The notes beneath the pieces are model-generated. The model saw nothing but the letters and a program-made list of their open reading frames with translations. It was not told the DNA's origin and searched no databases. This document shows, in pieces, positions 13,207-27,038 of a stretch of DNA of 64,000 nucleotides. Origin of the DNA: Octopus bimaculoides (Eukaryota); NCBI RefSeq assembly GCF_001194135.2, contig NC_068986.1, positions 85,244,342-85,308,341 of the forward strand. Direction: 5' to 3'. How positions within the stretch are numbered: the stretch's first letter is position 1; every line of letters starts with the position of its first letter. The position numbers were made by a program, and so were the translations under genes.

Positions 13207-14120
13207 ATATATATTATATATGAGGAAAAATCAAAACCAAGACAAAACGACTATCTCAAGTCATGATGACAGAATAACCAGTGGACATGCTAATCAACTT
13301 GTGTTATACCAGAAACAGCTGTAAGACTTGAAATTCACCTTTGCCTAATTAAATTATTCTAAATGACTTGAGATACTCGTTCTGGGTTGGTTTTGATTTT
13401 TCCCATAATATAATATATACATGCCATATTGGAGCTCTAACACGGCTCCCTAGATCCAGTCTTAGCTGTGTTCTTGGAACCTAATTGCCGACCATCTATA
13501 GCACTCACCCAGCGTTAACTAAACCCTCGCATATTCTTTCTTTCTCTCTTCCTCTCTCTCTCTCTNNNNNNNNNNNNNNNNNNNNNNNNNNNNNNNNNNN
13601 NNNNNNNNNNNNNNNNNNNNNNNNNNNNNNNNNNNNNNNNNNNNNNNNNNNNNNNNNNNNNNNNNNNNNNNNNNNNNNNNNNNNNNNNNNNNNNNNNNNN
13701 NNNNNNNNNNNNNNNNNNNNNNNNNNNNNNNNNNNNNNNNNNNNNNNNNNNNNNNNNNNNNNNNNNNNNNNNNNNNNNNNNNNNNNNNNNNNNNNNNNNN
13801 NNNNNNNNNNNNNNNNNNNNNNNNNNNNNNNNNNNNNNNNNNNNNNNNNNNNNNNNNNNNNNNNNNNNNNNNNNNNNNNNNNNNNNNNNNNNNNNNNNNN
13901 NNNNNNNNNNNNNNNNNNNNNNNNNNNNNNNNNNNNNNNNNNNNNNNNNNNNNNNNNNNNNNNNNNNNNNNNNNNNNNNNNNNNNNNNNNNNNNNNNNNN
14001 NNNNNNNNNNNNNNNNNNNNNNNNNNNNNNNNNNNNNNNNNNNNNNNNNNNNNNNNNNNNNNNNNNNNNNNNNNNNNNNNNNNNNNNNNNNNNNNNNNNN
14101 NNATATATATATATATATAC

Positions 14121-14178
<58 letters not shown>

Positions 14179-14181
<3 letters not shown>

Positions 14182-14612
14182 TAGTTGAAATTTATAGAAA
14201 AACAAAAGACGAAGACATGTATATGAACAACAAATAAGTGTATTAGTTTGACGCTCGGTAAAGTGAGAAAGTCTTTTACGTTTCGAGCCTACGCTCTTCA
14301 ACAGAAAGGAATAAGATGAAATGAAGAAAGAGGGAAAGGAAAAAACGTGTAGCGTTCAGCAGTCCAGCATGGCAAATTCGGCCATTGTTCTCAGGTCCAA
14401 CATGGCCAATTCACCATGTGGGACCGCTGAACTCTACACGACTTTTTACATTCTCTCTGTGTGTTTATTTGCTCTTATTCCTTTCTGTTGAAGTGCGTAG
14501 GCTCGAAACGTAAAAGACTTTTTCATTTTTCCCTAGCGTCAAACTAATACATTTGCTTGATATTCATACACCTGTCTCCGTCTTTTGTTTTTCTATAAAT
14601 TTCAACTATATA
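14179..14612. repeat. About 430-bp foldback element with Penelope-terminus-like arms
   Basis: 14179-14316 is the reverse complement of 14473-14612; inner arms cgtgtagcgttcagc...ggccattgtt / aacatggcc...gctgaactctacacg. A single related arm occurs at about 56500-56650. Confidence 0.88.
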
Positions 14613-15365
14613 TTATACGCTCACTTGGTTACACTAGTTTGATCCTGACTGAACTTCTTACTATTTGGACTTGCATATCTTAACCACTTTCCAAACTTTC
14701 ATCCCCACTCCTTATCCATATAGCAGCACTCCACCTGCATCACCAATGGATCTACTGACTCTGAGATATGAGCATGCTTTTGTGTGTTTGTGTATCTTTT
14801 GAATTCGTTTCTAAAAGTAGATTGAGATTAAATTACGATCACAGTGGACAATGGCTAGTTGTAGCTCTGAGGAACTACAATTCTCCTTGGATTTGTTCTA
14901 TAAAGGATGGCTACTCATTTGTGAAAAGAATAAACATAAAAAACTATATATTAGCAAGAATCCAAATCAATATATTTATTTAACCTCTACTTATTTACTC
15001 AGTTTTTATTATAACTTTTATTTATTTAGATGTATTAATTTTATTTGTTGATAATTTAGTTGATTATATATATTTTTAGTTAAATTAACTTTTGCATTTT
15101 ATGGAGGTGTGATTCACTATGAAACTTCATAAGTATTAAAAATTGCAGCACATGTAAGGATCACAGCTATGAGTTAATTAGCATGTGCACCACTGGGAGT
15201 GAAGGACAAGGTAAACACATATGTATATATAAAAAAATTCTGAAGTGCAAATAGTTTCTGGCCGTCTCAATCGCAATTGTGCCGCTAGTTTTACAACTGA
15301 TAGTGCTGAAAAGTGAGTTCAGCACTGTGCATCGGTCGATGGTTTAGCTGACCGAGTCTTCGAAT

Positions 15366-15366
<1 letters not shown>

Positions 15367-15430
<64 letters not shown>
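15367..15430. repeat. (GAT)n microsatellite
   Basis: About 21 GAT units. Confidence 0.95.
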
Positions 15431-15649
15431 ACTGTATTGATCACAAGTGGTGCAAAGCTCATTCAAGACAATACAAAGGGAAAGAGCAGTAGGGATGTAC
15501 ATAAACACACGTAAACATTAAAAAAAAACAACAACAAAAGTTATAAGAGCAAAACCCCCAATCGGAAGAACGCCATTCAGCATTGACAAAAGATCCCCAC
15601 AAGATTACGAGTCACACTATATACGAGAAGTACCAGGGCAAATGCTTTT

Positions 15650-16260
15650 CTTTTATTCATAATTTTCAGACGACAAACGCATGTCTAGAGTAAGTGCATT
15701 CACCGAAACCATTCTCGCTACATCTACTCACTCTTATAAATTTACTGGCGTTCAGCACAACCCTCTCCACCTTTGTTTTTCTTACCAAGAGGAACTTAAA
15801 CATTGTAGATAAAAGCTTGGCCCAAAATGGAAATATTCGTCTTTAGTATTTTTGCATCCCAAATAGCCTCCTTTGACTTAGTCGCCGGACAGAAGAAAGC
15901 TACCTGCCGGTCCCCATTAAAGGAAAGTAGTAGATTTTCACGATGAACTCAACTGATAGCTGGATCCAACCTACTTGTTAAACAGCTTTTCGACACAACT
16001 CCATAAGTCAGCAATGCTTGTTTACTGCACGAACAGGAGGTTTCGTAGCTCTGGGTGCATCTCGCATAGGTGTGATTGATAGCTTGATAGCACTAAGATA
16101 CCTTCACATCCGTCTTTGGTGCATCGTCCACCCCATTCAGTTGAGCCAAGTACCATGGACGAGCATCTTCTCGCAATCGAGTAGCACGCACCCCTCTCGA
16201 TCCGTTAAAGACCGAATTGTGGCTTTGTTGCCGCTTTACACAAGTGACGACCGAACCCAT
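15650..16260 (-). mobile_element. L1/Tx1-like LINE fragment
   Basis: Reverse complement near 16230 (gcggcaacaaagccacaattcggtctttaacggatcgagagggg) resembles 37220-37260 (gacgacaaagccacaatttggtttttgacgagccgggg) of the Tx1-like element. Boundaries approximate. Confidence 0.5.
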
Positions 16261-17063
16261 TGAAAAGCAAAACAGGAATTTTGAAAAAAGTATCTATAAC
16301 ACTATTTTTTAAACAATGAGTGGCTTTGGGGTTCCACCAGAATAAGATAGTAATCAAAGGCGTCCATAGATAAAAAAATTACTGAATAACAACTTTTCTT
16401 TATTAAATCGTTATTTGCATATTCATTCTTAATGTATCTAGGCAAGTTCAGACGCAAAATATGCTTGTTGCTATAGCGCGTCAAAGGAGGAAAACTTCAC
16501 TATTTTATGACGAGAGTGAGCTCAATACGTTCAACTCATTGGAGCAAAAGATTCTAAGACGTTGGTATTTCGACATGCTCTGTCTCATAAGCCAGATGTA
16601 CTCCGGTCCTTTGAATCTAGCCAAGCAGCTGGCGTCTCTTTATACTTTCAGTGCACAAAATATCTGCAGGTCGGTGCTTATATCTGCTAATATATATATA
16701 CAATCGTTATATACACCATATAGAGCGAGATCTGAAGGGAACATTTAGCATATTTATTCTTAATAAGTTTCTTTGTCAAGAGGAAATATAATACAATTAA
16801 AAAATATATTTTCTAGCATATTTTGTGAACAAGAGCGTCGTTGATTATAAGAAGTTTACTTCTCGCCACTTTTCTCGTTTTCTAAAGGGTATTTACCTGA
16901 TTGTCTAAGCTTCGCAAATTCCTCTATTTATATAGAATACCGACACATGCGGCGCGTATAAGTTTGTTTATTATATATATATATATATNNNNNNNNNNNN
17001 NNNNNNNNNNNNNNNNNNNNNNNNNNNNNNNNNNNNNNNNNNNNNNNNNNNNNNNNNNNNNNN

Positions 17064-17107
<44 letters not shown>

Positions 17108-17240
17108 GTTGTTTGTTCTCCACCAACGCTTGACAAAGGCATTGCTGAGTTTGCTTCCATGTATTTCAGCGGTCTGGTCAAAGACACCAATGGATAAAAG
17201 TTGAACACTGGAGTCAGTGCAATCGACTTGGGTAAGAGTA
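17064..17240 (+). mobile_element. Degenerate 3' half of SINE family A
   Basis: After the gap and (GT)n: gtttgttctccaccaacgcttgacaaaggc...gtcagtgcaatcgacttgg, similar to the family A body. Confidence 0.5.
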
Positions 17241-17593
17241 AAAGCTACACCCTTCTATCAAGCCAGTGTAGCAGAATAGGCCCTTCAAACAAGTATGATC
17301 TCAAGCTCAAATACTCAGCCTCCCACATCAGACTGTAGTTGGTGGAAAGAACATACTGAGGCCTTCCTACTTCAGTGATTTGAACACAGGCAGTCCACTC
17401 CCAAAAGTCATGCGGAAATTTATCAGAACCCGTTGCTGGTCTATCTGATTTCAAGAGTCGGGTTAGCTAAGTAGACATTCTAAGGCATATCATTGAAATA
17501 TGTAAGACAGCATTGAAAGTAACTCACTGCACAATCTTATTGTGACCATTGTGGCTAATGAAGAAATTCTTCTTCGTCTTCTTCTTCTTCTTC

Positions 17594-17624
<31 letters not shown>

Positions 17625-17754
17625 GATTATTATTATTATTATCATTATTATTCTTGTCGTTTTTGTTGTTTTTGTTGCTGTTGTTGTTATTGTTGTTGTT
17701 ATTGAAGTAAGAAGAAGAGATATTATCATAGAGGACAAAATAAACAAACTATAT

Positions 17755-18080
17755 AAGATATTAGTCTTTGTGATCCCCAATGATAACAGAGTCGTTACCA
17801 AAGTAATTGAACAAATGAGAGCTAGAGAGCAGAATATACTATGGAATACTAAGACAACAATTATTCCTGTGGTAATTACTGCACTTGGCCCAATGCAACC
17901 TGAGACACTGAACGACAATTGAAATGAGATTCGCACTGTTAACCGGCAGAAAATCATCATCCTATATTCTGCAGGAATCATAATGATTTTTGAGATCTGA
18001 GGAGACTTGCTGTCACCAAACCTCTAGACAACATACTTGAAAATGTAATTAGCATGTACTAGCTTGATGATAATGATAAT
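17755..18080 (+). mobile_element. R4/Dong-like (RLE) LINE 3' fragment
   Basis: ILVFVIPNDNRV...LWNTKTTIIPVVITALG is the C-terminal RLE motif; lies downstream of a (CTT)/(ATT)/(GTT) tract. Confidence 0.65.
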
Positions 18081-19585
18081 AATTAATCATGTACTACAAA
18101 GCTTCAATGTACTAATGTACATCTTTTTCTCTTGAATATACGCAGTGTATTATTGTTTTAGATTTTGGTCTTATGTTGTATTATAAAGATTCTGCGAAAG
18201 ATCTTTAAATTTCTAATAGAGATATTCTCCCTAAGTTGTGCATGGATGCAACTCTGTGGTTTTGGCCATGTTAAAATCGTAACTAAGGTGCCTATTATTA
18301 CTGAAGGTGTTTTCCATCTTCCCTCACCTGTCAATTTTTATATGTTTTTTTTTTAATAATTTCACTACTTTTAGAGATATATAATAATTTGCTGGGACCG
18401 CTACTTTGATTAGATGACATGCTGGTCCATCATAACTACATCCGCTCTGTTTAACTTAATATCCTTCTTTGCGGGGCTAGGCATCTTCAGAACATGGTTC
18501 CTTTGTCATCTCACTTTGTAGATCTGAGAGAGCACGCTCTTCTCTCTGAATCTACTGTGGCTTCTGCATATAACATTACGTTTAATCTAGTGATATAATG
18601 TTCATGGCTTTCATTCAGTTTGCGTTGTTCTGGTTCGAGTCTTTCTCTGTTTTATTTTTTTATTTCGTTTTTTGCAATTTCATCTTTATGTTTTATCTTT
18701 CGGAGCAGATATAACGACTTCCATTTTTAATACATTTCCGCCTTTTTATTATTGTCATTTCTACAATTTATCATTATCTTTAATTTTTGCCTCCGTATCT
18801 GCTGTATTGGTTCAGTTTTTGTAGTTTAGTATGCTGTAATATTCTATGAGTTTATTGTATTCTCTCTTTATTAGTGTTTATGTGTTTATTTACTACATCT
18901 TTTCAGTTTTCACAACGTATCATATTAAATTAGCTAGACTGTTGGAATTCAAAGTGAAGTTTCTCTACAAATTTACTAAGAAAATACTACAATTAGTTCT
19001 TCTGTGAAGAGTGAGTGTTATTGGAAATTATGCAAAACGTACAGAAATATATTCCGTTCGTGATCGCGACCATTTATAACGTTGCTGTTTTAATTGCGAG
19101 AGTTGAGAAATATAGTCTAGCTTTTGTTTAAATTGAAATCGTTCGCTTCGTGTACCGGTTTACTTAATCTGATAATGTAGAGTTATCCATTTACCCACTA
19201 TTTACTTTGCGCTTTCTCCTTTTAACCTTCGTCTGAATAATGTGGTGTACATTTGTATTATTTATCATTTTAAGACGAGTGACTGAATCCATCCAATGTT
19301 GATATTATTTGTGTCTTCTTACTGCTTAAACATGATGATTTGTTATCGAAAATCACTAGCATATGCAATATATTATAATAGTTTTAGCATGTAAATCATT
19401 GTATTACACAATCTCCTTCCAAATTATTTTCAGATTTAATTTGTTGTCTTTTCATCGATGAGCAGCATCCCTGGATCAAACATAGAGCAAAGTAGAGCGC
19501 CTGTCATCTACAGTGTCTTCAGATGCTCAGCCTTCTGCCAGTCGGGTAATACTGCCAGTGGAAGTTCCATTTTAGAGCTCTATAG

Positions 19586-20005
19586 AAGGCGGCGAGCAGG
19601 TAGAGGCGTTAGCGCGCCGGGCAAAATGCTTAGCGGTATTTCGTCTGCCGTTACATGCTGAGTTCGAATTCCGCCGAGGTCGACTTTGCCTTTCATCCTT
19701 TCAGAGTCGATAAATTAAGTACCAGTTACGCACTGGGGTCGATGTAATTGACTTAATCCCTTTGTTTGTCCTTGTTTGTCCCCTCTATGTGTAGCCCCTT
19801 GTGGGCAATAAAAAAATAAGAAACATTAGTACGTCGGGCGAAATGCTTAGCGGTATTACATCTGACTTTACGTTTCCGCCGAGGTTGACTTTGCCTTTCA
19901 TCTTTTCGGGGTCGATAAATTAATTACCAGTTGCGTACTCGGGTCGATCTAATCGCCTGGTCTCCTCCCCCAAAAATTCCGGGTCTTGTGCCTAGAGTAG
20001 AAAAG
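19586..20005 (+). mobile_element. Tandem pair of SINE family B copies (19586-19824 and 19825-20005)
   Basis: Two consecutive head/body units (aaatgcttagcggtatt...gaggt(c/t)gactttgcctttcatc...gtcgataaattaa), with different 3' tails. Confidence 0.85.
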
Positions 20006-21541
20006 GATATGTGTTGTACGAATTGTTTTGGTCTATTGGGTGGTTATTGTAAAGGGTATATGTTGTATGCAGTAGATGTATTGATTGAATTTGTGCTATT
20101 GAATTAAAAGCGTATTGTGTCAGATGTGGAGTGTACTTGGTAGAGCTGTTTTAGGATTCGTTTATAGCCAAGGTTAGGCTTAGGGCCAGTATAAAGTTTC
20201 GGCTCAGGTTTGTAATACGGTGTTGTTTAGATTTTTTTTTCGTGACATTTTAAATCATTTCAATTCTTCCAATTATTATTATTGGTATAATTTTTTCTTT
20301 CACGTCTTTCATGTCATTTCATTCAAATTACAGAGCCTTGAATTTTATCTGCTTTTCCATTTGGTTTTTTTGTTTTTTTTCAAATAATGTGTTAATCAGA
20401 AGAGATAGTGATGCCTAAAGGTGTGTATACATTTACTTTGCAGTCCTCATTTATTATATTACTGCAATTTACCTCTATTTCTTTGCTAGTTTTGCTAGTT
20501 TGGATTAGCATGTCTATCATTTTACTGCATATTCATACCACTCTCACTTCATTAGTCAAGTGTTCATCCTGTATGATGTTTAGTATGTGTCTAACACGTC
20601 TAATCCTTTTTACGTCGACACCATCATATGTTGCTCAGCATTTTTGTTGGTTCGACCTGGCAAGGGCTTGGTCAGATTCAATGTTGTCAACTGGCAGCAT
20701 AGTTCGCTACTTTATTTATGTAAAGGGTTTCCAGTATACAAGAACAGAGAATGCCTTCATTTATCAATCTATGTTATGCGAATGTTTGATTTCTTATTTA
20801 TATTATCTTTTTATCATAGCTTGGTTCACCGATGGCTGCACATTGCAGCCAAACATTCCTTTCCCGGTAATCTTTCCGTAAATCCAGTAAGATATTATTC
20901 TCCACGTGTGTAACCAGTCTATTATACAGTACGGATGTACCGCATACATCTCTTTAATACTGTTACTGTGTATTTCCTATAGTGTTGATACTTAAAGGAG
21001 TATAATGTTTTAAAATAATGTTCAGTGGGCGGACGTTATCTCTGTTTTTATTTTGAACCCTGACACTAAAAGATGATTCGTTTTATTCGGATTAAACATC
21101 TTGAAAAGACACCGTTTCTGAACCACATGTTGAATTATTTTTGTTTATAATTCACAGTAATCTCACACTGGAATGTTCATTACATATCCTAAGTGGACCG
21201 ATAGTTTAATCAAGAGATTTTGTTTCTGATAACTTTATTAGCCGTAGTTTCGGAAATATATGTACGATTCCTTTCTTTGAAAAAAACTTTGAAACATCTT
21301 GGAGAGCATGTATAGAAGTGTTTAACATTCACAAGGCAGTTCATACTTAATAATGAAACATTCAAAATTAACAGTAATGCTCAGGTTTATTTCTTTTTAC
21401 TTTTTGTATTCTCTGTTGAAATCTCACTAGGATCAACCTTGCCTCCCATTTCATCGGGGTCAACAAAGTAAGGTTCTAATCGAATGATGAGATTGATAGT
21501 GTCGGGTAACTTTTTCCCTCAAGATTTGAGGCACTGCGCCT

Positions 21542-21637
<96 letters not shown>

Positions 21638-21654
21638 CATCATCATTATTATTA

Positions 21655-22400
21655 TACTTCTCGGAGCTCCCGGTCTTACTGAATCTGATTAATTCTATGA
21701 GAGCGGACAGCAACCAGATGTCAGAGATCTCACTGGGTTTCTTTCCACAAATTATAAACCTGGGTAATAACCATGGAAGACACTCAGTACCCATGCACCA
21801 GAGTGTTAATCCTAGCTGTCCCAAGAAGAGCAGTTTTTCGGGCCTGCCTTGCCCTCATGCTAATTCCAGATTTTCCGACATATTTTTCAAATCTGGTTGT
21901 TAGTGCGCCGAGTGAACTTACAACTACTAGGATAACACTTACTCTCCTCATTGCACACATTCTTGCAGTTTCGTCTGTATTTTCCATCTTTTCCAGGTCT
22001 TTGTCATCTACGCGTGCATCCCCAGGAATAGCAATATCTATGACCTTAGTTTCCTTTTTCCATCTATTTACCTCAACAATGTCTGGTCTCCGAGCATCGA
22101 TGAGGGAATCACACTGGATTGTAAAATCACACAGGATCTTATATTCATTGTTCTCAGCGACGCCCTAACCATTTCCGTGCTCTGCCCAGACCACAATTTT
22201 CACAGTCTCCAGTGAATAAAATTAGACACGTTATCGTGCCTCCTTTTGTAGTACTTTTAGGCCAGCTCGCTATACTTACTCACGTTATGTGAGATTGTTT
22301 CGTTTTTGTTGTCACACATCCTACAAAGAGACGATTCACTGCTCTTATCTATTTGGAACTTGGTGTAATTAGTTCTCAAAGCTTGTTCCTGGGTGATGCA
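21655..22400 (-). mobile_element. R4/Dong-like (RLE) LINE 3' fragment
   Basis: Minus strand: QEQALRTNY...SLCRMCDNKNETISH (zinc knuckle), YKILCDFTIQCDSLIDARRPDIV..IDIAIPGD (PD-D/ExK), KTALLGTARI. Flanked by (ATT)n and (CAT)n. Confidence 0.85.
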
Positions 22401-22401
22401 T

Positions 22402-22430
<29 letters not shown>

Positions 22431-22432
<2 letters not shown>

Positions 22433-23020
22433 CAGGTTTTGTTGAAACTCCTGGAGCCTTGCATATGTAGCGGTCTTGCTACCTGCAGCCTAAGCTAAAA
22501 TGCTATCCGTTCTTTTCTGCTATCTAATATCTTCCTGATTATTCTGGCCGTGCTAAGGAGGAAAAACTATTGTAACAGTCCTACTGCTTCCTCTATTCCA
22601 ATTTCCTTTATACTCCTTTTGATGCCTTCTAATACTGTCTTCAAGGAGCCTACAATAATTGGCACTATCTTCACCTCTTCCGTTTTCCCTAGACGGGCTA
22701 TTTCATACTTAAGAGGGTTCTATCTATCTATCTATCTATCTATCTATTCTTTCGCCTTCCTTCTTGAATATTCGTGGGTCAAAGGGGCATGCGTCATCGA
22801 CTATATAGCAGATGTGGTGCATCTTGTCGACCATCGCTAGGTCCGGTCTATTATGCTCTAGTACACGTTCTGCTTGGACTGGGAAATCCCAGGGGATTTT
22901 GCTAGTCTCCAACTCTGTCACTCTCTGCAGTATGAGCTCATACAACGTCTTGCTCCCGCTTTTCGCGTAGTTTCCAATGCAGCACTTTCGCTACTTGTAC
23001 TGGTTTGGGGCAAGTCTAGG
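22431..23020 (-). mobile_element. R4/Dong-like (RLE) LINE 3' fragment
   Basis: KIPWDFPVQAERVLEHNRPDLAMVDK..CYIVDDACPFD; VKIVPIIVGSL...LLSTARIIRKILD. Interrupted by (ATCT)n. Confidence 0.8.
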
Positions 23021-23073
23021 GCATTCGTTCGTGACATGTGCAGTGGTGTTATCCACTCAATTTGTTGTTGTTG

Positions 23074-23119
<46 letters not shown>

Positions 23120-23184
23120 CATTATTATTATCATTATTATTGTTGTTGTTGTTATTAATAATAATAATAATAATAATAAAATTG

Positions 23185-23525
23185 AGTAGTCTTGTTTTTA
23201 CCCCATGCTTTCGCTGTTCTACAGAGCGCAGCTCTGTGTGCCTTGAGTATGAGCTGTGGTTTGTTGTGGTATTCTTATTTTCACTGTATTGAAAGTGTTT
23301 TACGTAGGATGATTGCAGTGCCTATTAGTGCTATTTTCTGTATGTTATATATACTTGTAAGTCCTGGTGTTTTTGTTATGTATTTGTCTGAATCATTTTT
23401 TATCATACCTAATGCGCCTACTATGATAGGAATTGTTTCTGTTTTTGAGCTCCACATTCGAGTTACCTCCTTTTTCCAGATCTTTATACATCTATTTCCA
23501 CATCTAGTTACCTCTATTTCCAGAT
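23185..23525 (-). mobile_element. R4/Dong-like LINE 3' end (young subfamily), between an (ATT)/(TAA) tract and (CTT)n
   Basis: DLEIEVTRCGN...RMWSSKTETIPIIVGALGMIK...IQKIALIGTAIILRKTLSIQ-stop plus 3'UTR; similar to 25070-25143 and 27039-27320. Confidence 0.9.
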
Positions 23526-23699
23526 CTTTCTTCTTCTTCTTCTTCTTCTTCTTCTTCTTCTTCTTCTTCTTCTTCTTCTTCTTCTTCTTCTTCTTCTTCT
23601 TCTTCTTCTTCTTCTTCTTCTTCTTCTTCTTCTTCTTCTTCTTCTTCTTCTTCTTCTTCTTCTTCTTCTTCTTCTTCTTCTTCTTCTTCTTCTTCTTCT

Positions 23700-23750
<51 letters not shown>
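23525..23750. repeat. Long pure (CTT)n microsatellite followed by (ATT)n
   Basis: About 58 uninterrupted CTT units, then about 16 ATT units. Confidence 0.97.
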
Positions 23751-23752
<2 letters not shown>

Positions 23753-23769
23753 GTCGCACACTATACAAT

Positions 23770-25005
23770 ATTGTGAGGTTATTTGAAGATTTTGTGTCTG
23801 CTGGGGTTTGTACTGTTTTTTCAAGTCACAACAACGACCTCAGACACACAGTACATTACGCAATATACGTGCAGTTCCAAATAATGCCGATTTTTGCAAT
23901 ATATCTAGATTGTAGGGTATCTCTAAGGTTGTCAGATGTTTTTTTTTTTTCAGATAATGTGGTATTGAACCCAATGCTCCGATAACAATAGGGATATCCT
24001 TTATGTTTGACTCCTGTAGCTGCCACATCTTAGCGATCTCAATTCTCAGGTGTCCATATTTATGAACCTTTTCTCTTTCTTTCTTTCATGATAATAAGTT
24101 GATCTCCTGGTACTGCCACGTCAATTGTTAGGCATTCTTGTTTGTCTTTCCTAATGGTTTCTATATCCGGCCTTCGATGCTCTAATGCCTTGTCTGTCTG
24201 GAAGTCCCAGAGGATTTTTGCCTTTCTCCTTTCGTCCATTACCTTTAACGGTGTATGTTGGTACCAAGCACCCGTAACCTCATATCAATACTTACGGCAT
24301 AGCAGCCAGTGGAGGATATGGCCTACCTTGTCATGTTTCCGCTTGTATTCTTTCTGCGCAAGAATTTCACAAGCACTAACAATGTGAGTCACGCTTTCGA
24401 CCCTCTTCTCACACATTCTGCAAACGTTCGTTGCACTTGTATGGTATATATTCTTTTTCACTGAGTTGGTGTTCAATACCTGGTCCTGGACGGCGATTAT
24501 TATGCTTTCAGTATTCTTTTTTAGGTCACCTTTGTTAAACCACCTCCATGAGGTTTCCAGGTCACTTCATTTCTTGGTTTCACGGTGGAACTGACTATCT
24601 AATTCCATGCCGAGTAGGGTTTCTTCTCTCTCGTTGGCTATTCTTGATCGCAATTCATGAGCACTCTCAAGTCCATTTTTTCTAAATCCTTCTGCATTAG
24701 CAAGCATACTGTAACAGGTCTTATTTGCTGTTTACCAAATATTCTGTCATGTTTCTTCTTTCACTGTTGATACATTCTCGTACGCTAATGAGGTCACGTC
24801 CACCTTTACTCCTTCATGTAGAGCCTGTGTACATTCGCCTTAGGGTGGAGGGCACCATATATTGTCATTGTCTTTCAGGTAGTCCGATCGAGTTGGTTGT
24901 GTCCATTTCAGAATGGGTGCACTTTATGGGACTACAGCAACCGCCCATATGTTGATGGCAGTCACAAGGTTCCTTGAGTTGAGCCTTGATTTCAAGAATA
25001 TCAGT
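23770..25005 (-). mobile_element. R4/Dong-like (RLE) LINE fragment
   Basis: VCRMCEKRVESVTHIVSACEILAQKEYKRKHDKVGHILHW; AKILWDFQTDKALEHRRPDI; IPIVIGALG...QKSALFGTARILRNVL. The 5' end abuts (ATT)n at about 25006. Confidence 0.9.
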
Positions 25006-25006
25006 G

Positions 25007-25069
<63 letters not shown>

Positions 25070-25073
<4 letters not shown>

Positions 25074-25143
25074 TAGTTTTATTTTTATAACGTGCTTTCA
25101 CTTCACTACCGAGCGCAGCTCTGTGTGCCTTGGGTATGTGCTG
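25070..25143 (-). mobile_element. 3'UTR of the young R4/Dong-like subfamily, running into a gap
   Basis: cagtagttttatttttataacgtgctttcacttcactaccgagcgcagctctgtg is nearly identical to 27039-27110 and directly abuts (ATT)n. Confidence 0.8.
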
Positions 25144-25901
25144 NNNNNNNNNNNNNNNNNNNNNNNNNNNNNNNNNNNNNNNNNNNNNNNNNNNNNNNNN
25201 NNNNNNNNNNNNNNNNNNNNNNNNNNNNNNNNNNNNNNNNNNNNNNNNNNNNNNNNNNNNNNNNNNNNNNNNNNNNNNNNNNNNNNNNNNNNNNNNNNNN
25301 NNNNNNNNNNNNNNNNNNNNNNNNNNNNNNNNNNNNNNNNNNNNNNNNNNNNNNNNNNNNNNNNNNNNNNNNNNNNNNNNNNNNNNNNNNNNNNNNNNNN
25401 NNNNNNNNNNNNNNNNNNNNNNNNNNNNNNNNNNNNNNNNNNNNNNNNNNNNNNNNNNNNNNNNNNNNNNNNNNNNNNNNNNNNNNNNNNNNNNNNNNNN
25501 NNNNNNNNNNNNNNNNNNNNNNNNNNNNNNNNNNNNNNNNNNNNNNNNNNNNNNNNNNNNNNNNNNNNNNNNNNNNNNNNNNNNNNNNNNNNNNNNNNNN
25601 NNNNNNNNNNNNNNNNNNNNNNNNNNNNNNNNNNNNNNNNNNNNNNNNNNNNNNNNNNNNNNNNNNNNNNNNNNNNNNNNNNNNNNNNNNNNNNNNNNNN
25701 NNNNNNNNNNNNNNNNNNNNNNNNNNNNNNNNNNNNNNNNNNNNNNNNNNNNNNNNNNNNNNNNNNNNNNNNNNNNNNNNNNNNNNNNNNNNNNNNNNNN
25801 NNNNNNNNNNNNNNNNNNNNNNNNNNNNNNNNNNNNNNNNNNNNNNNNNNNNNNNNNNNNNNNNNNNNNNNNNNNNNNNNNNNNNNNNNNNNNNNNNNNN
25901 G

Positions 25902-26002
<101 letters not shown>

Positions 26003-26049
26003 ATAATGATGATGATGATGATAGTAATAATAATAATAAGAATTATTAT

Positions 26050-26965
26050 TATTCTTTTATATCATCATTTATGGTTTCCTTTCATTATAACTTTATTTCA
26101 GATGCCTTAGTACCGAGCATCCTACGGAGGCCAAGAGCAAAAGGGCACTTTTGTCTTGGTAAAATTATCACCGCATTTATTCCATTTTAGATGGAGAGTG
26201 CTTTCCGTAGTTTATGGGTTGTACTCAAGGTCATCTTTTGTAGTTCACGGAGACTGGAATTCCCAGGGAGTTACTTAATATACTTCTCAGTTCCCTTCTT
26301 TATCATTCCCAACGCACCAATTACTACTGGTATTATCGTAGTACTAAGCTTCCACATTTTTGTGATTTCAATTTGCAGATCTTTATAGTGAAAGCTTTTC
26401 GTATTCCTTTCTTAAGACATTTTGATCTTGTGGGACAGACATATCTATTAACAGACAAGTTCCTTTGATGTAATCCTTGATCACAATGCCAGGTCGATCG
26501 GAGTCAATTTTTCTGTCTGTTTGTATTGTGAATTTCCAAAGGATAGTGACGCCCTCGCCATTTGCTACATCTTCTGGATGGTGCCTGTACCACTTTCGTG
26601 GGGTCTAATCTTATAGTATTTACAAACATTCCAGTGGATGTACTGCCCTGGTCTGTCGTGTCTTATGAGGTACACCTTTTCAGCGAGGACTGGGCAGCCA
26701 TAAACAACGTTTTCTATTCTCTCTGTGAATTTTCCGCAAATTCTGCATGAGGGGCCAGATCCATATTTAAGGATCTTTGCATAGTAGTTCCTCGTAGGTA
26801 AGCTCTGTTTCCCCCTTCAGACCTGTCCCTTGTAGCCATTGGTGTGTTAGATTTTGATCAATATCTGGTTTGGACAAGCGGTTAGGGTATTTTCTATGCA
26901 GGAATTTACCTTTGCAGTTGTCTTCAATATTATTCATGCAAGCCTTCTTTGCTTTCTGTTTGATG
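26050..26965 (-). mobile_element. R4/Dong-like (RLE) LINE fragment
   Basis: GCPVLAEKVYLIRHD; EGVTILWKFTIQTDRKIDSDRPGIVIKD..CLLIDMSVP; KDLQIEITKMWKLSTTIIPVVIGALGMIKKG. Flanked by trinucleotide tracts. Confidence 0.88.
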
Positions 26966-26984
26966 TTTCTATTATGATTATTAA

Positions 26985-27036
<52 letters not shown>

Positions 27037-27038
27037 GT

